Below, one piece after another: positions 46,065-58,640 of a stretch of DNA of 64,000 nucleotides; position 1 is the first letter of the stretch; every line of letters starts with the position of its first letter. Under the pieces are notes generated by a model, which was not told where the DNA came from, did not search any database, and was given only the letters and a program-made list of their open reading frames with translations. Origin of the DNA: Oikopleura dioica. Taxonomy: Eukaryota > Animalia > Chordata. The stretch covers positions 868,001 to 932,000 of the forward strand of contig OU015566.1 of NCBI GenBank assembly GCA_907165135.1, read 5' to 3'. Position numbers and translations under genes: made by a program.

Positions 46065-46902
46065 TCCGCTTTGTGTTGGTGCTAAAAACTCGCAGTGGCC
46101 AAGTACAGGCAGGTGTCAAGCTGTGCAAATAGGATGCAACGGGCACACCAACACGCGCAGCCTGCTGCGATGTCCTGCAGAGACTGGTCCTAGCACCAAT
46201 TTCGAGCAACGCTCGGTGTGAGATGGCTTCAAAATCAGCAAGCTTAGCCGAGGATAAGCTCAAAAGTGAATTTGTAAAATAATAAAAAATTGGAATTTCA
46301 TAAAACTTTGTAGAGTAATTTTTTGTAGATTTTAATTCTGAGACCGAAAATATATTTATCTGACCATAGGCTTTGGTCCATAGGCTATGGAACATAGCTC
46401 ACCTAGCCTGCCCTTGACAAGAAAGTTCGGGTACCAATTGGTATTGTCTGCTCAAAATATAGTCCAGAAATAGTCTCAAAATGTGCTAAGGCAAAAAGAG
46501 CAGATTATAGATAGCGATTCCGATTCTTATATTTTTCGATTCTCATAACTTTATTATGACCAAGGGAATCTAGATTTTTTTATGAAGATGATTTTGGGCT
46601 TGATAATCGAAATCTCCGTAATAGGGCGAGATTTCATAAAAATTCAATTTTTATTCTTCTATATCTTCATTTTTAACCGGCTGAGCTTGATCCGAGTTTG
46701 CAGATCAGTTCCCCTTGTTTGTGTTAACTTTTGCTCAATCCATCTCACACCGAGCCTTGCTCAGTGTTGGTGCTAGGAGCAGTCTCTGCGGGACTTCGCA
46801 GTGGGTGGCACATGTCGGTGAACTCCTTGCATCCTATTTGCACAGCTTGACACCTTGCCCGTACCTGGCCACTGTGAGTTTTTAGCACCAACACAAAGCG
46901 GA
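46065..46902. repeat. Pair of ~162-bp GC-rich inverted repeats (46065-46226 and 46740-46902)
   Basis: TCCGCTTTGTGTTGGTGCTAAAAACTC...CGGTGTGAGATGG, and its reverse complement with scattered substitutions. Confidence 0.8.
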
Positions 46903-47785
46903 GTGAGCCATGGAAATTCCGCTATCAAACACCCCATCAGTAGTAGCTAAAAGAGACGAAATTCATCCTCTCTTTTTTTCTAAAAAACGGTCTCTTTCGA
47001 ATAATAGAGCCTTAATTTTAGCAATTTTATGAAACAATCTTGACCAAAAGAATTTTCTTGAGAATCTTTGAAGATTCAAATCGGAATCAGCTGTATACTG
47101 AATAGTTCGAATAAAAAGGCGCTGCATTGTGATTATTTTGTCGTTTTGATTGTGTCTTCAGCACTTTGCATTGTCTCCGGCTGGCGTCGTTATAGAAACT
47201 TCCTAAGGGCGACACCTCAATTCAGAGTGCTCCTCCCGAAGCCACGTTCCACGGTCATTAGAAGATACGAAAATACACACAACTTCGACTCAGACTGTAA
47301 TCATCCACCTGAGAGATCCTGCGCGAAAAAAACGAAGAGGTTCAATTCCAGGTTTGCCAAAAAGTCATATTTCATATTCATGAGCTAATAGCTATCCATT
47401 TGTTAACTTATTCGAATAAACTGTCAAACAGACTGTTTTTGATCAACTTGACTGAACCATTTTCTAAAAGTTGAATTAGAACCATTATCTTGGGGAAAAT
47501 AAGGGGGAGGGGTCATGAACCGACAAAAGTTTCGACAAATTTTGTGTGGAAATTTCAACCAATAAGAAGCCTTAATTTGACCATTCGGCCAATCAGCAGC
47601 CGAGTAGCCGCCCACGCAATATTTGTCGAATTTTTTTTGTTGGTTTCCGACGCTACCCCGAAATAAGGAGGTGTCGATAAATTTCAAATTCGATAAGGGT
47701 ATCATCATTTTTTGGATATTTCCATCACAATTTTAGGAATAAAGCATGGCAGTGGCACAGCGACATAAATCATTTCCACTCATCA

Positions 47786-49300
47786 CTCCGACAAACAACC
47801 GTTATTTGGCTTTCAAGTGGGACAGGAAAGAGTTCATTCTAAATGTCTGGAGTCGAGACTTTCACAACCTTGTTTCTCAAGTTTATTTTAGTTGATCAAG
47901 GTTCAAATTCAATTTTTGACATGTTATTTTTGGCGCTGACGGCTGCCGCATAATCTCGTTTTCGACCAAGTTTTCAAACAAAATGATAATTTGATGTAGT
48001 AGACCCTTCTAGAAGCCATTCATTTTAACGCAAAAATCTGAGGGAAAAATGCATTATGGAAAAATCCTTATCGCTCCCATTTTCTATCACTCGGCAAATA
48101 AGATTGATTGACAAACTTTGACGCTCCGTATCAAAAGTACATAAAGAAATGCTTAGAAAAGAACAGGAAATATTTGATATTGACTCTGTTGAAAGCCACA
48201 AATACGATGTCCACAGGAATAGAATCGCCAATATTCGATCGACTGTCGATACCAGACCGCCAGTAACTGCAAGGAAATGCTTGAAATTAATTCATTTATG
48301 AGTTTAATCGGGTTCACGTAACAGTAAGGGTATCACCGATTAAGAGGGCAACCTCCCTTATTTTGGGGACACTGACTATGTCGCCAAATGTCGCCGAATA
48401 TTGCTGAATGTCGCCAAATGTCGCTAAATGTGGCCGAATGTCGCCGTATATAGCCGAAGATCCCTGAATGTCGCTCAATGTATCCAAATACCGCCGAATG
48501 TCGCTGATTAACGCCAAATATCGCCGAATATCGCCGAATATCGCCGAATGTCGCTGAATGTTTCCGAATGTCGCTGATTTTCGCCGGATGTCGCCTAATG
48601 TCGCTAAATAATGCCGAATGTCGCTGAATACCGCCGAATGTCGCCGGATGTTGCTGAATGTCCCTGAATACCGCCGAATGTCGCCGGATGTTGCTGAATG
48701 TCCCTGAATGTCGCGGAATGTCGCAGTACACAGTCAGTGTCCCCCTTTTTTTATCTTTTTGAGCATCTTAAAGAACTATTCCTCCAACAGCTCCTTCTCG
48801 AAAAAGTCGAATTTCTCGGTGAGATTTTTTTCTTCTAAGTTGCAATAACAAACTTGGATTTTAGCGAGCGAAATTCTCAGATCGAGAACGAAAACGTCAA
48901 ACTTCTGAAGAAAATGGTGCGCATCAACGAGACAGGAGGACGCGTGGACAATCGCAATCAGAATCAGTTCTCACGGAGCTTGAACTCGTGGAAACGCAAA
49001 CAGGAACTTGATAGAATCGAAAGAGAAAATATCTCTATTCTCAAAAGAATCGGTACTTTTCTCTTCCAACCGCTTATCTTCATTTTTTTTAGCCTTACGG
49101 GAGCCAGAATACGATCAACGATTGTTCGAAGAAGATTGGCTTGTTCATGACCAACTTTCTGCAGCTGTAGCGAGGTAAGCAGTGAGATACCCTTATTTCG
49201 CTTAAAATCGTTCAGGTACCCGAGAAGATGGTGGGAGTTCCCGAAAAAATCTGCACCTGATCTTGATCGTCCAAACACAGGTGCAAAACTGCTTATTTAA
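47786..49300 (+). CDS. CFAP97D-like (KIAA1430/hemingway-domain) ciliary/sperm protein; 5' exons uncertain
   Basis: NNRYLAFKWD; KYDVHRNRIANIRSTVDTRPP; IENENVKLLKKMVRINETGGRVDNRN...SLNSWKRKQELDRIERENISILKRI; EPEY..LFEEDW...ARYP. Confidence 0.7.
48365..48744. mobile_element. MITE with internal 10-bp minisatellite (family E), intronic
   Basis: TIR GGGGACACTGACT / AGTCAGTGTCCCC enclosing about 33 degenerate AATGTCGCCG units. Confidence 0.85.
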
Positions 49301-49332
49301 CAAATCAACGTAGAAATTCCAAAATAAGGAAG

Positions 49333-49972
49333 TCACTTCCTTATTATTATTTTTAGAAAGAAAATTAAAAAAGCTTCCACAAATAGTAAGAGGTTTCGTT
49401 TTTGGGTGAACGGTGATGGGATCAGAAAAATAATCATCAAGTAGGAATCCTTGACTGCATTTGTTTTTACAGTAGCTTGGGAGAGTAGACAGGCCATGAC
49501 GTAATCAAAAAATATAACGTCGAGGAAAACGATATTTCGGCGACTGTATGATTGATACTTTGAAAACCTGACATATTGGAAACAATCAGCAAAGTTCAAA
49601 TTTTTGTATCTCCTAACTTTCGAGTCGAAAGTATTGCGCAAGAGGCTCAACTCATGACGGACTTTTATGACCTCCGGAAGCTTATGTATGTAAGTCAAGA
49701 TGCGGGCACTTGACCACATCAAGTTTTAAGAAGATAAGGATGTTTTTCTTTTTGCTCGTGAAAGCTCATTTCTGCTCGCCAACGCCCCCTCCTTTCGTTG
49801 CGCAAGGTTTTGCAACCGTTTTTCTCCATTCTAGAGAGTTCTTCTGTAGAAGCACGGTAAAGCTGACAGAATTTCTTTCAGGAAGCCATACATACATGCG
49901 TCGACGAAGAAGCCAGTCAACTTCCAGCTCCCGTCCGAACACATCCGCCAAATCCCGTTGAGCAAACTCCAC
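49333..49972 (-). CDS. Possible uncharacterised gene
   Basis: Two adjacent minus-strand ORFs with coding-like composition; no motif recognised. Confidence 0.25.
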
Positions 49973-50099
49973 AGTTCGTCACCAGTCAACTTTTCAATCG
50001 CACTCCTTATATACTGTACATTTAGTCATCTCCGAAACCATAGCTTCAAATACAAGTATATCGTTTTCAAATCAAAAACTGCCTCATCAAATTTATTTA

Positions 50100-50961
50100 T
50101 TAAACTTTGATAGAAATAGAACTTCCATAGCGATCAGAGAAAATTGATGATTTGGGTCGCTGGGCTGTGGGCATATATTTTTTCATTCGATTTTGTCGCT
50201 CAAGCTGGTCTTTTTTCAAACGAGCGGTTCTTTCCAATTCGACTCGGCGGATTCGATCTGAAATTTTAATGAATAAGGGAGTCATCCTCTTAAATGAAAA
50301 ACCTTTTTCGTATTCGGTGATAGGAATCGCGCTCTTGGAACTTTTTCTTCCGACGACATTATTGACCGCATTGTAGTTTTCGTACTGTTTCAGGATCAGC
50401 GGCTTTTCCGGCATTCGTTCGCAATTGAAAGCGCTTTTGGTTCGCCAACGAACAGATGTCGTTTTTGGTCGCTTGACCATTGGTGGTCGCCGACTGGAGA
50501 GACTCGACGATGTTCTGTAGGACGTCTGGGTCGTATGGCATCTAAGATCTTGGTTGTTTTTTTCAGAGAGCTGTTAAACTAACCTGATGATAGGATCGAC
50601 TGCTGTTTTGTCAGAAATCGTCGATCGAGTAGATTTCGCCGACGTTTTTCTGCTGATTGCCAATTCTGATGCTTGCGATTCCGTCAAAGAAACTACAGAA
50701 GAAACGGCGGACTGAACAAAAGTCTAGAAAACGACCCACTTTCCCGCCAAAAACCTGAACTCTGGACGCGACAGGAGTTGGTTCATTTTTGTCTTCTTCC
50801 TTGATTTCAATTTTGGGCGGCTGCTCAGAAATGGCGGTATCGGTAGCATCGGAATGGCCCTCATTATCATGATCTTCTACGTCAAATATATCGACTTCTA
50901 CGTCATCATCGTTGTTGACAGTGACTTTGTCGACGTCGAAGATTGCTTTTGACAGCTTCAT
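50100..50961 (-). CDS. Uncharacterised acidic/Ser-Thr-rich protein
   Basis: MKLSKAIFDVD...EEDKNEP...GGK|KTSAKSTRS...|CHTTQTS...MVKRPK...SISIKV*, phased with GT-AG introns. Confidence 0.45.
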
Positions 50962-51299
50962 AGTTTCTTCATGCAGCCTCTAGAATTGTGTCTTGAATAT
51001 CAATTTTTTTGTCAAATTATCAATTACACGATGTACGCGATATTCTTCGTTCTATGGTTTGATTTTCTGTTATCAAATGAAAGTACTCAAAAAAAAGATT
51101 AATTTTGAAAAAAAAATCTTTTTCTTATTGCTAGGCATTTTTAGAGCTCTTTTTGACTTGTTAAATATTGATCTAGAAAAAACAGGCGCCGAATGAAAAG
51201 AAACCCGCGCTTCCTCCATGGAGACAGAAGTACGTCACTATTGACAATTGGACTTCCGTATCGTTGATAAGAATATTAAGCGATGTACTTTACGGGTCA

Positions 51300-52800
51300 A
51301 TCAAATCCATCAAGAGTCCAATTTTTAAAAAGCCCTTGTCCTTCTCTGCCCTCATTTTTTTTTACCTGGTAGGAGAGCTCTGGGTAACTAGCAGTCGCCA
51401 AAAGGGTTGAAACTGGCGGTCGATTTTCGTTGCCAAAATAACTCGATTCTCTGAAATCCAAGGTCGAAAATGAACAATCGATTCGATAATGACGTATCCA
51501 AATGGACATTAAACAAATGTCAAGGAAATTTGGCGACCTTCACCTTTGAGAAAGATTTTGATAGAAGTCCATGGGAGGATTGTTGTTTCGCCAGCCGCCG
51601 GAAAGTTGACGAGTTGCTTTCTTGAAATCGGTGACCATTTCTTTTGTGATTTGTCGGGTATCAATGTGGATCAGTTTCGGCTTAAAAATATTTTTAGTTG
51701 GGGGATTCAAGTATTGGGAAAATTTTTAAGGGCCTCACCTCCGGTTTCACGAATTTTTCTCAATCGGAGGTCAAATAACGAAAAAAAAATCGACTTTTTA
51801 TGATTAAAAAAATTAGTCAGGGTTAGGGTTAAGGTAAAGAAAAGGAAATTATTTTATATGGTAGGAACCGACCGAATTTCGACAAATTTTGCGTGGAAAA
51901 ATTTTCAACCAATCAGAAACCTCGATTCGGCCAATCGCCCTTACCAGCCAATCAGCAGCCTAGAAGCTGCCTACGCGAAATTTGTCGAAATTTTTTGACG
52001 GTCCCTGAAGTCTCACTAATTTTTTTGGATAATCCTTGATTCTAGAGCCTAGAACTAAGGATTAGGGTTTAGGTTGGATTTTGATAAATTGACCCAAACT
52101 GGTTCAAGTTTTGCTGCGACGGACTGGCGCCTGTGCTCAGAAATGGGTTAAATTTCCACCGAAAATCCTTTTCTCAAGAATATTTTACAATTTTAACCCT
52201 AGAAACTAATCTCGCTCCAGTTCTTTTCGGGGCATCTTGGATCATTCCCTGCTGGAAACTTTTAACACCCCGGGCTCGCAAAACCATATCTCGGAAAACA
52301 TTTGATTTGGCATTTTTCTCTTTCAAATTTTTAAAAGACATTTTTTTTTCTCGATGCGGGAAATTCAAGAGGGGGCGTCGACGTGAAGAAAAAAGAACTA
52401 ACCTCGTTACTTTGTCCATTCTTTTGTTGCTCCTTCCATCGCTTATACCTCGCACTTTCTCTTCTATATCTCACCTGGCCCACTGGCCTGAGCCGATCTT
52501 TGTCCAAAGTTTCATTGTAGATTTTTATCTGATCGTCGAAATTTTTCTTTAGGTCCAGGACGAATTCTTGCTTTCGCTGGGCAATTTCGCGCTCTTTTTC
52601 CCGCTTCTCGTAATCTAATTTTTTGATGAGTTTTTTCGTCCTTTCGCGCGAGAACATTTTTTGATAATTTATAGATTTGGATGAATGACAGGCCTAGAGC
52701 GATTTCGGAAGCAAGAGCATAAGTAAATAACCAGCTCAATTTGCGGCGGCAAGAATAATCAGAAAATGTCACGATTCCTAGATAGCCCTCTGTTTACTTC
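51300..52800 (-). CDS. Uncharacterised charged/coiled-coil protein (partial model)
   Basis: FSRERTKKLIKKLDYEKREKERE...; SFKNLKEKNAKSNVFRDMV...; KPKLIHIDTRQITKEMV... with splice-like edges. Confidence 0.35.
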
Positions 52801-52839
52801 TCAATTCTATTTCAACAAACGTTTTGTGGTGATTTTTAA

Positions 52840-53175
52840 GGACCCCCCGTCAGCTTTTTGTTTCGAAAGACGGAAATTTTTAAAAATACCATATTTTTGG
52901 TTCTTAATGGGTCCTCAGGTTAAACTTGCTTCAAATTCTTGTTAAGAGGACTTTTTGACCAAGAAAAATCAATATTTTTGCCAAAATTAGGGCAGATTCG
53001 TCAATTTTCGGCGAAAAGTCCAATTTTCAATTGAGATTTTGGGGTTGAAGGAGTCGAGATAGACCCCTAAAAAATAAAGCCTCAAAATCGTTTTTTGACC
53101 CGTTGAATCCATTTGCGGGGTCAGAATTTTAAAATTCCGAAATTTGATTTTCGAAAAAAGCTGACGGGGAGGTCC
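52840..53175. mobile_element. MITE family K, complete copy
   Basis: TTAA-GGACCCCCCGTCAGCT ... AGCTGACGGGGAGGTCC-TTTAA. Confidence 0.88.
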
Positions 53176-54089
53176 TTTAACCATATGAAAACCATAAAAA
53201 TCATTTAAATCGAATGAGACTGCAATTTATAAAAATAAGCAATTTGAGAAATTTTATCAATTTAAACAATTTGTTTCGGACTTTGAACTTCTTTCGTCAA
53301 TATTGCTGCCTTTAGATTTGAAATCCGCCCCCTCGATAAACCCCGGGTAGAGCTCATGGCAGCTCAGGATATGATCGAGGTACCCCTAATTAGATCTTAT
53401 GATCATATTTTTTCTTAGTTACCTAATCGAAGATTCGTCTTCTCAATTGTCAATTTGTCCTCTTCCTTGATTCTTGCCTCCCTCTTTGTCGCATAAATTT
53501 CTCGCTCAATTATGTTGTTTCGCTTTTGAAAAATCTTCTTTTCCGAATCAACCGCCGAAGCTCCTAATTTTGGTGAGTAAAATTCGATCATTTAGCGAAG
53601 AAGAGAAAACTGAAAACAGTTACAGTCAGATTTTGCGGGCGGAAATACTTAAGTCCGGAGTTATCGCTTTATGGAGAAGGTGAGTCAATATGAAGATGGA
53701 AATGAAGACATCTTACTGACGCCAAGCTACTGTAAGAAGCAAAAAAGCCGTTCGAAATCATGAAAAATTACCAATATCATCTGCAAACCCCATTTTCTCT
53801 CTTCAAAAATCGAGTGAAAAAGTTAGTTTCTCAATACAAAATTTACTCTGGCTCAAGAATCAAGAATGGCCAGCTGAAATCTCAAGGAGCGGCTTTTCTT
53901 TGTCCCGGGGAAGGTGCGTATTCACCCAGCTCATCCAGACCGGATTATTCCACGACAGAAGGATTTCCGCTAGAATTAAAGAACGCTTTTCAGATTTGAC
54001 TCAAAAGAGTCATGAATCTGCCGCAAAAATAGATTCTTTTCTCTTTCCTCCTATGGCCTTACCTTAGTCAGATTCTAAAGAGCCTAAAT

Positions 54090-54292
54090 CAAAAGCCGCG
54101 TAGCGGCTTTTTCAATATTTTAGCCGCGGAGCAGCTTCGTAAAATAACCCTTTCAATCTGTTTACAAATTTTTGCAAAGCGATTTTTTTGCGGCTTTTTT
54201 TAAAGCCGACTTTACCGCCTTCGCGGCTTCCAAATCAGGCTCATCAGAGCCTGACTCAGGTTTTTTACACAGATTGCGGAGCCGGGACCCTT
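54090..54292. mobile_element. AAAGCCGCG..CGCGGCTT element nested in a family A fragment
   Basis: Inverted AAAGCCGCG ends with AAATCA repeated on both sides, followed by GCCTGACTCAGGTTTTTACACAG. Confidence 0.55.
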
Positions 54293-55359
54293 TTGAAAGA
54301 GCTTTCGGACCCCTTTATCGTCTTAATTTCTTACTGATTTGAGTCGTCGTCTGAGCCTTCAACTTCATCTTCGAGGGGTTGAAAATCTCTTTGGCCGTTT
54401 GTTGCAGCATTCTCAAATACTTTCGTCTTCTTGCTCTGTACTCGTTGGATTTTTGGTAAGCTGGAATAATTTTATTAACTGATGATGGCATTTTCTTTGC
54501 GGAACGGTCTGTTTGACTAGGAACCACAAATTTCACACTGATAGTCATTCTTTTTTTGCTTCTGAAAAAATCAAATTTATTTTCTCTTCAAAAATATTAA
54601 AAAAAAATCAGCAAAAATTTTCTTTGATAAGCGAAAATCTTGCAAGTTTTTGATTTTTCATGCTTTGAAAAACAAAAAGAACTAAAAACTAATTGGCGAT
54701 AAGGAGACAGAAGTCAAGGTGCGGACACTTCAACTTGTCCATATTTTCAAATAGCGTATTCAAACAACTAAGCTCAGTTTATTCTGCAAAAAGCTTCCTT
54801 TTCACCAACAGCGTTTTTTCTCAGGCCCATTCTGACAAGTTATAAAAACATATTCTTTGCGAATTTCTAGTTATTATAATAACAATTCAAGTTTTCTAGA
54901 TGCAAAGACCATATGATACAATTCATCCCTCTATTTATATATTTTCTTTTACTTTTAACGTCATCCGCAAGCACTGAGCCAGTCCGGTGCCCTCTTCTTT
55001 ATCGAGTAAGAACCATGAAAGAATGACAATTTCTTCTTGTGGGGCTTTTTGATTGACTCTTCATTATCATAGGATTGCTCTCTGCTGCTGGGAAGACGAA
55101 GTTGAATTCAACTTTTTTTAGTGCTCGGAGTGTGTTGATGTTGCCAAAGACAGTCCTACAATCATCATCTTTTGTTAATCACATCTAAAAGATCAGGGGA
55201 AGATACACTAGCTGTGGCTGAAAAATGGCGAAATCGATGTTGACACCCTTAATCAAGCCATTAAAAAAAAGATAGTTGCCATTTGCCAAATTTTTGAAAA
55301 ACACAGTCATTTATTGCTTCAGAATATAGTCAAGTAAAAAAAACATCCATCGAAATTGA

Positions 55360-57053
55360 TTAACAGGAGCCGATAGCATTGACAGAACCATCAGAGCAGC
55401 ACTCTTTAATGCTCGAGTCGTAGATTTTCGACCCCGCGCAGCATTGGTTTCCAGAACCGTCGTTTGCAAACCGCATTGGGAATCTAGAAATGACAAATAA
55501 TACATGGCCTCTTCGACCCTCTCACCTGTTGGGAAACTCTCCGCAGCACTGTTTGAAATGATTTGGCGATCCGTGATTCGTGTTCATTCTTCCAAGGCAC
55601 TTGGTTCGGCTATCGAATCCTCCGTAGAACGCATGGTGGGCGGAATTCCATCCATCATCACTGGATGAAGCGGGGTCGAGTCCCATGGCAAGTGCTTTAT
55701 CGCATTCACAAGTGTTTCGTCGGCAGGAACCTGGTCTGTTTTCTGAAAGTTTAATTTGAAATGATACCCTTATTTTAGCAAGAAAAACTTACGGCATTCA
55801 ATTTCGGGCTTGCCAGTTACGGAGTCGTAGAATGCTCTGAACTTGTATCCGGTTTCTTCGGGCACACAAGAAGACGACTCTTGGAAAAATGAATCATTGA
55901 AAAAATGTGGGTTTTACCTCCTGCATCAGCTTTGACACAGGCGTAACAATCTTTGTGGTGCTTGCAAGTTTTATCGACGTTATCTTCGAGAAGATTGAAA
56001 ATTTAAAAAACCATAAAAAGATTTAATTTTTTGCTCTTTTGTATTTTCAGGAATATAAAACGCTGATTTTCTAAAGATAACAAAAGATTCCGCAGCGACC
56101 GCACTATAGGCTATAGCCTATAGGAATTTGTGAACTACTAAATTTGATATCAAAATATATTCAATCTGTCCTTGAGGCTTTCCACTTCCCTGTCTAAGCG
56201 GGTAGTCACCCATCTGAAAGCACCAGCAGCCATAAGTCCAGTATCTCGTGATATTGCTCTATAAACACCTCTCATTTACTCGCAAAAGAAACCTTCTACC
56301 TGGGAGTCGATAAAGTTGATCATACTCTCCATGTGAGAATATCTTCTGAGCAAATTTGGCGAGAGAACAGATCGCAATTCTGGCTCGTCAAAGATGGAAA
56401 TTTTCGGGGTTCCTCGGCCGGTTGGACCGCCGGAGACGGGAAATTCGCCCTGGAATCGGGGTACTTTTTCTTCCGCATATCGCGCTCCTATGGAAATTTA
56501 TCAGTTTTAAGGGGGTCCGGATTGGTTTCGGAGAATATAATATAATATAATATAGAAAACCAATGGGGACACCCTTAAGGAGCCCCCCGTCAGCTGTTTC
56601 CTTCGAAAAATTGAAATTTTTAAAAACACCAATTTTTGATTCTTAATGCGTCCCCAAGTTAAACTTGCTTCAAAAACTTGATAAGACGAAGATTCTAACA
56701 AGAAAAATCGATATTTTTGCCAATAGTAGGGCAAATTCGTCAATTTTCGGCGAAAAGCCCAATTTTCAATTGCGATTTTGAGGGTCTTAGAGTCGAGATA
56801 GACCCAAAATAAGCAGGGTCAAAATCGTTTTTTGACCCGTAGAATCCATTTCCGGGGTCAAAATTCAAAATTCCGAAATTTTATTTTTCAAAAAAAGCTG
56901 ACGGGGGGTGGTCCTTAAGGGGGTCCCCATTGGTATCGAAATATAATATGATATAATATAAACGGATTGGGACACCCTTAATGATATCTCTTTTTCTTTA
57001 CCTCGTCCAGCAGCGACGACACCCAGAAGAAGGGTTTTAGTGGTCAAAATCAT
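55360..57053 (-). CDS. Secreted phospholipase A2-like protein with D49K substitution and Cys-rich C-terminal extension
   Basis: Signal MILTTKTLLLGVVAA; YWTYGCWCFQMG; GKPQDNVDKTCKHHKDCY; CRRNTCECDKALA; tail KQCCGEFPNRFP...CCAGSKIYD..KECCSDG. Confidence 0.85.
56509..56985. mobile_element. Three abutting TTAA-flanked elements: ~65-bp mini element, family K MITE (56579-56914), ~65-bp mini element
   Basis: TTAA-GGGGGTCC..ATATAATATAAT..GGACACCC-TTAA-[K]-TTAA-GGGGGTCCCC..ATATAAT..GGACACCC-TTAA. Confidence 0.8.
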
Positions 57054-57670
57054 TCAGTGATTTCTATTTTAAAAAAAGGGGGAAGAAGAAAAAGTGAAAG
57101 CTTCTGAAAAGTGTTTCCTTGTTTTTAAATGGCTGTTACTTTAGCCGTGCGCTAATCTGGCTGGATTGAAGCAAAAACCGGTCCTTCTGAAAATGGGTTA
57201 CGATTTCAAAGGAGCTTTTGTGAGAAGTAAAAGAGGAACGGACCGACTACAAGTGATATTCTTTTAAAAAAGGGTTTAGATTTTATGGGACGAGATTTTG
57301 AAAGAAGCTTCTGAAGTTATTTCTTCTCTGTTACCTTCGTAAATAAAAATGAACGATAAAACAGCTCTATTTTCCTACAATTTCCTACAGACTTGCCATA
57401 TAAATTGCTTCGGTTAGCTTATAAGCTTAGTTAAGTTTATAACAAAACTCATTTTCTTGCTTTTTTTCTCAAAAAATCAGGATGACAGAGGAAGTGAGAG
57501 AAGAAGAGAACGTTTCAAAAGGGGTATTTTTGATAAAATCGGTACAATTAGCAAAATAATTAAGATTTTGGCGAAGTTTCGGACGATCATCATCTCTCAA
57601 TGGGTTCTACTAACAGGTTATTATTTATTTTGAAGATTATTATAAAATATAAATTATTATTGAAGAGAGG

Positions 57671-57827
57671 TTCGATTTTCCGTAAATTCGATTTTCCGTA
57701 AATTCGATTTTCCGTAAATTCGATTTTCCGTAAATTCGATTTTCCGTAAATTCGATTTTCCGTAAATTCGATTTTCCGTAAATTCGATTTTCCGTAAATT
57801 CGATTTTCCGTATATTCGATTTTCCGT
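57671..57827 (+). repeat. Minisatellite, 16-bp unit TTCGATTTTCCGTAAA x about 10
   Basis: Nearly perfect head-to-tail units with no spacers. Confidence 0.95.
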
Positions 57828-58105
57828 GAGTTACGGAAATTATTGAAAAGCATATTTTAAGCTTCCATTCCTTTGACGATAACCAGCGTCTGCATCACAA
57901 GTGAAAGCAAATAATCTGTTGAAAGGAGAGATATTGAAATATTTTCTTATCCCTATAAGAATAAAATTCATTTTTTATCTTTTACAGAACGACTCGGTGG
58001 CCATCCTATTATTCTTAGATGCATTATGCATCTCGTGAGCTTTGGTTTTATAAATAGCAAAAATTAAATCTCTTTTTGTTCCTTTCAAAACCAAAAAGAA
58101 GTAAT

Positions 58106-58499
58106 ATGGACTCTTACTCTTTCCGCCGCTATCTTACGAAAAATACCTGCTCATCACGAACAGAACTTGATGATCTTCGTTTACCGGATGATCTCCCTGC
58201 AGAACATGATTTTAGACAAGAAAACGAATCAGAAAGAAGGCGAAAAGAGAAAAAATGTCCAGCGATGTCGGTCAAGGATCGGATTATTTTTTAAAGAGTT
58301 ATTTATCAAAGACGTTTTTAACCCCGATTTTATCCGTAACGAGTTACACACGGCTCTTATGATTCTTGCGGGTGGTCGTGTAACGCAACGTGCAAGTCGA
58401 AACGACATCAGAAAGGAAGCAGAGGCCATCTTGATCAGAGATTTCCGAGTCAGTAGAAAATTTTTCTCCACTGATATCGGATCAAGGGTGGTTGCTTAA
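58106..58499 (+). CDS. Uncharacterised small ORF interrupted by a +1 homopolymer frameshift
   Basis: MDSYSFRRYL...KDRIIF* continues as KELFIKDVFNPDF...VVA* if one T is removed from the T6 run near 58287-58292. Confidence 0.4.
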
Positions 58500-58640
58500 T
58501 AAGCTTTATTCCTTTCAATTTTTCTTTGAGTTCTGCGCGTATTATTTATTATAAAAAGCCAAATATGCGATCTCGATGAGAGATGCAACCAATTCAAAGA
58601 TTTGCAGTCCGTGCTAAAAATTATCGAAAAATTACTTGAC

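Noticed and set aside
48333-48731. 132-aa repetitive ORF and its overlapping 67-aa ORF
   Set aside because: They are translations of the decamer array inside a TIR-bounded MITE in an intron.
57671-57827. Regular 16-bp repeats as a CRISPR array
   Set aside because: Units are head-to-tail with no unique spacers, no cas genes are present, and the context is eukaryotic. This is a minisatellite; ORF 57590-57853 is its by-product.
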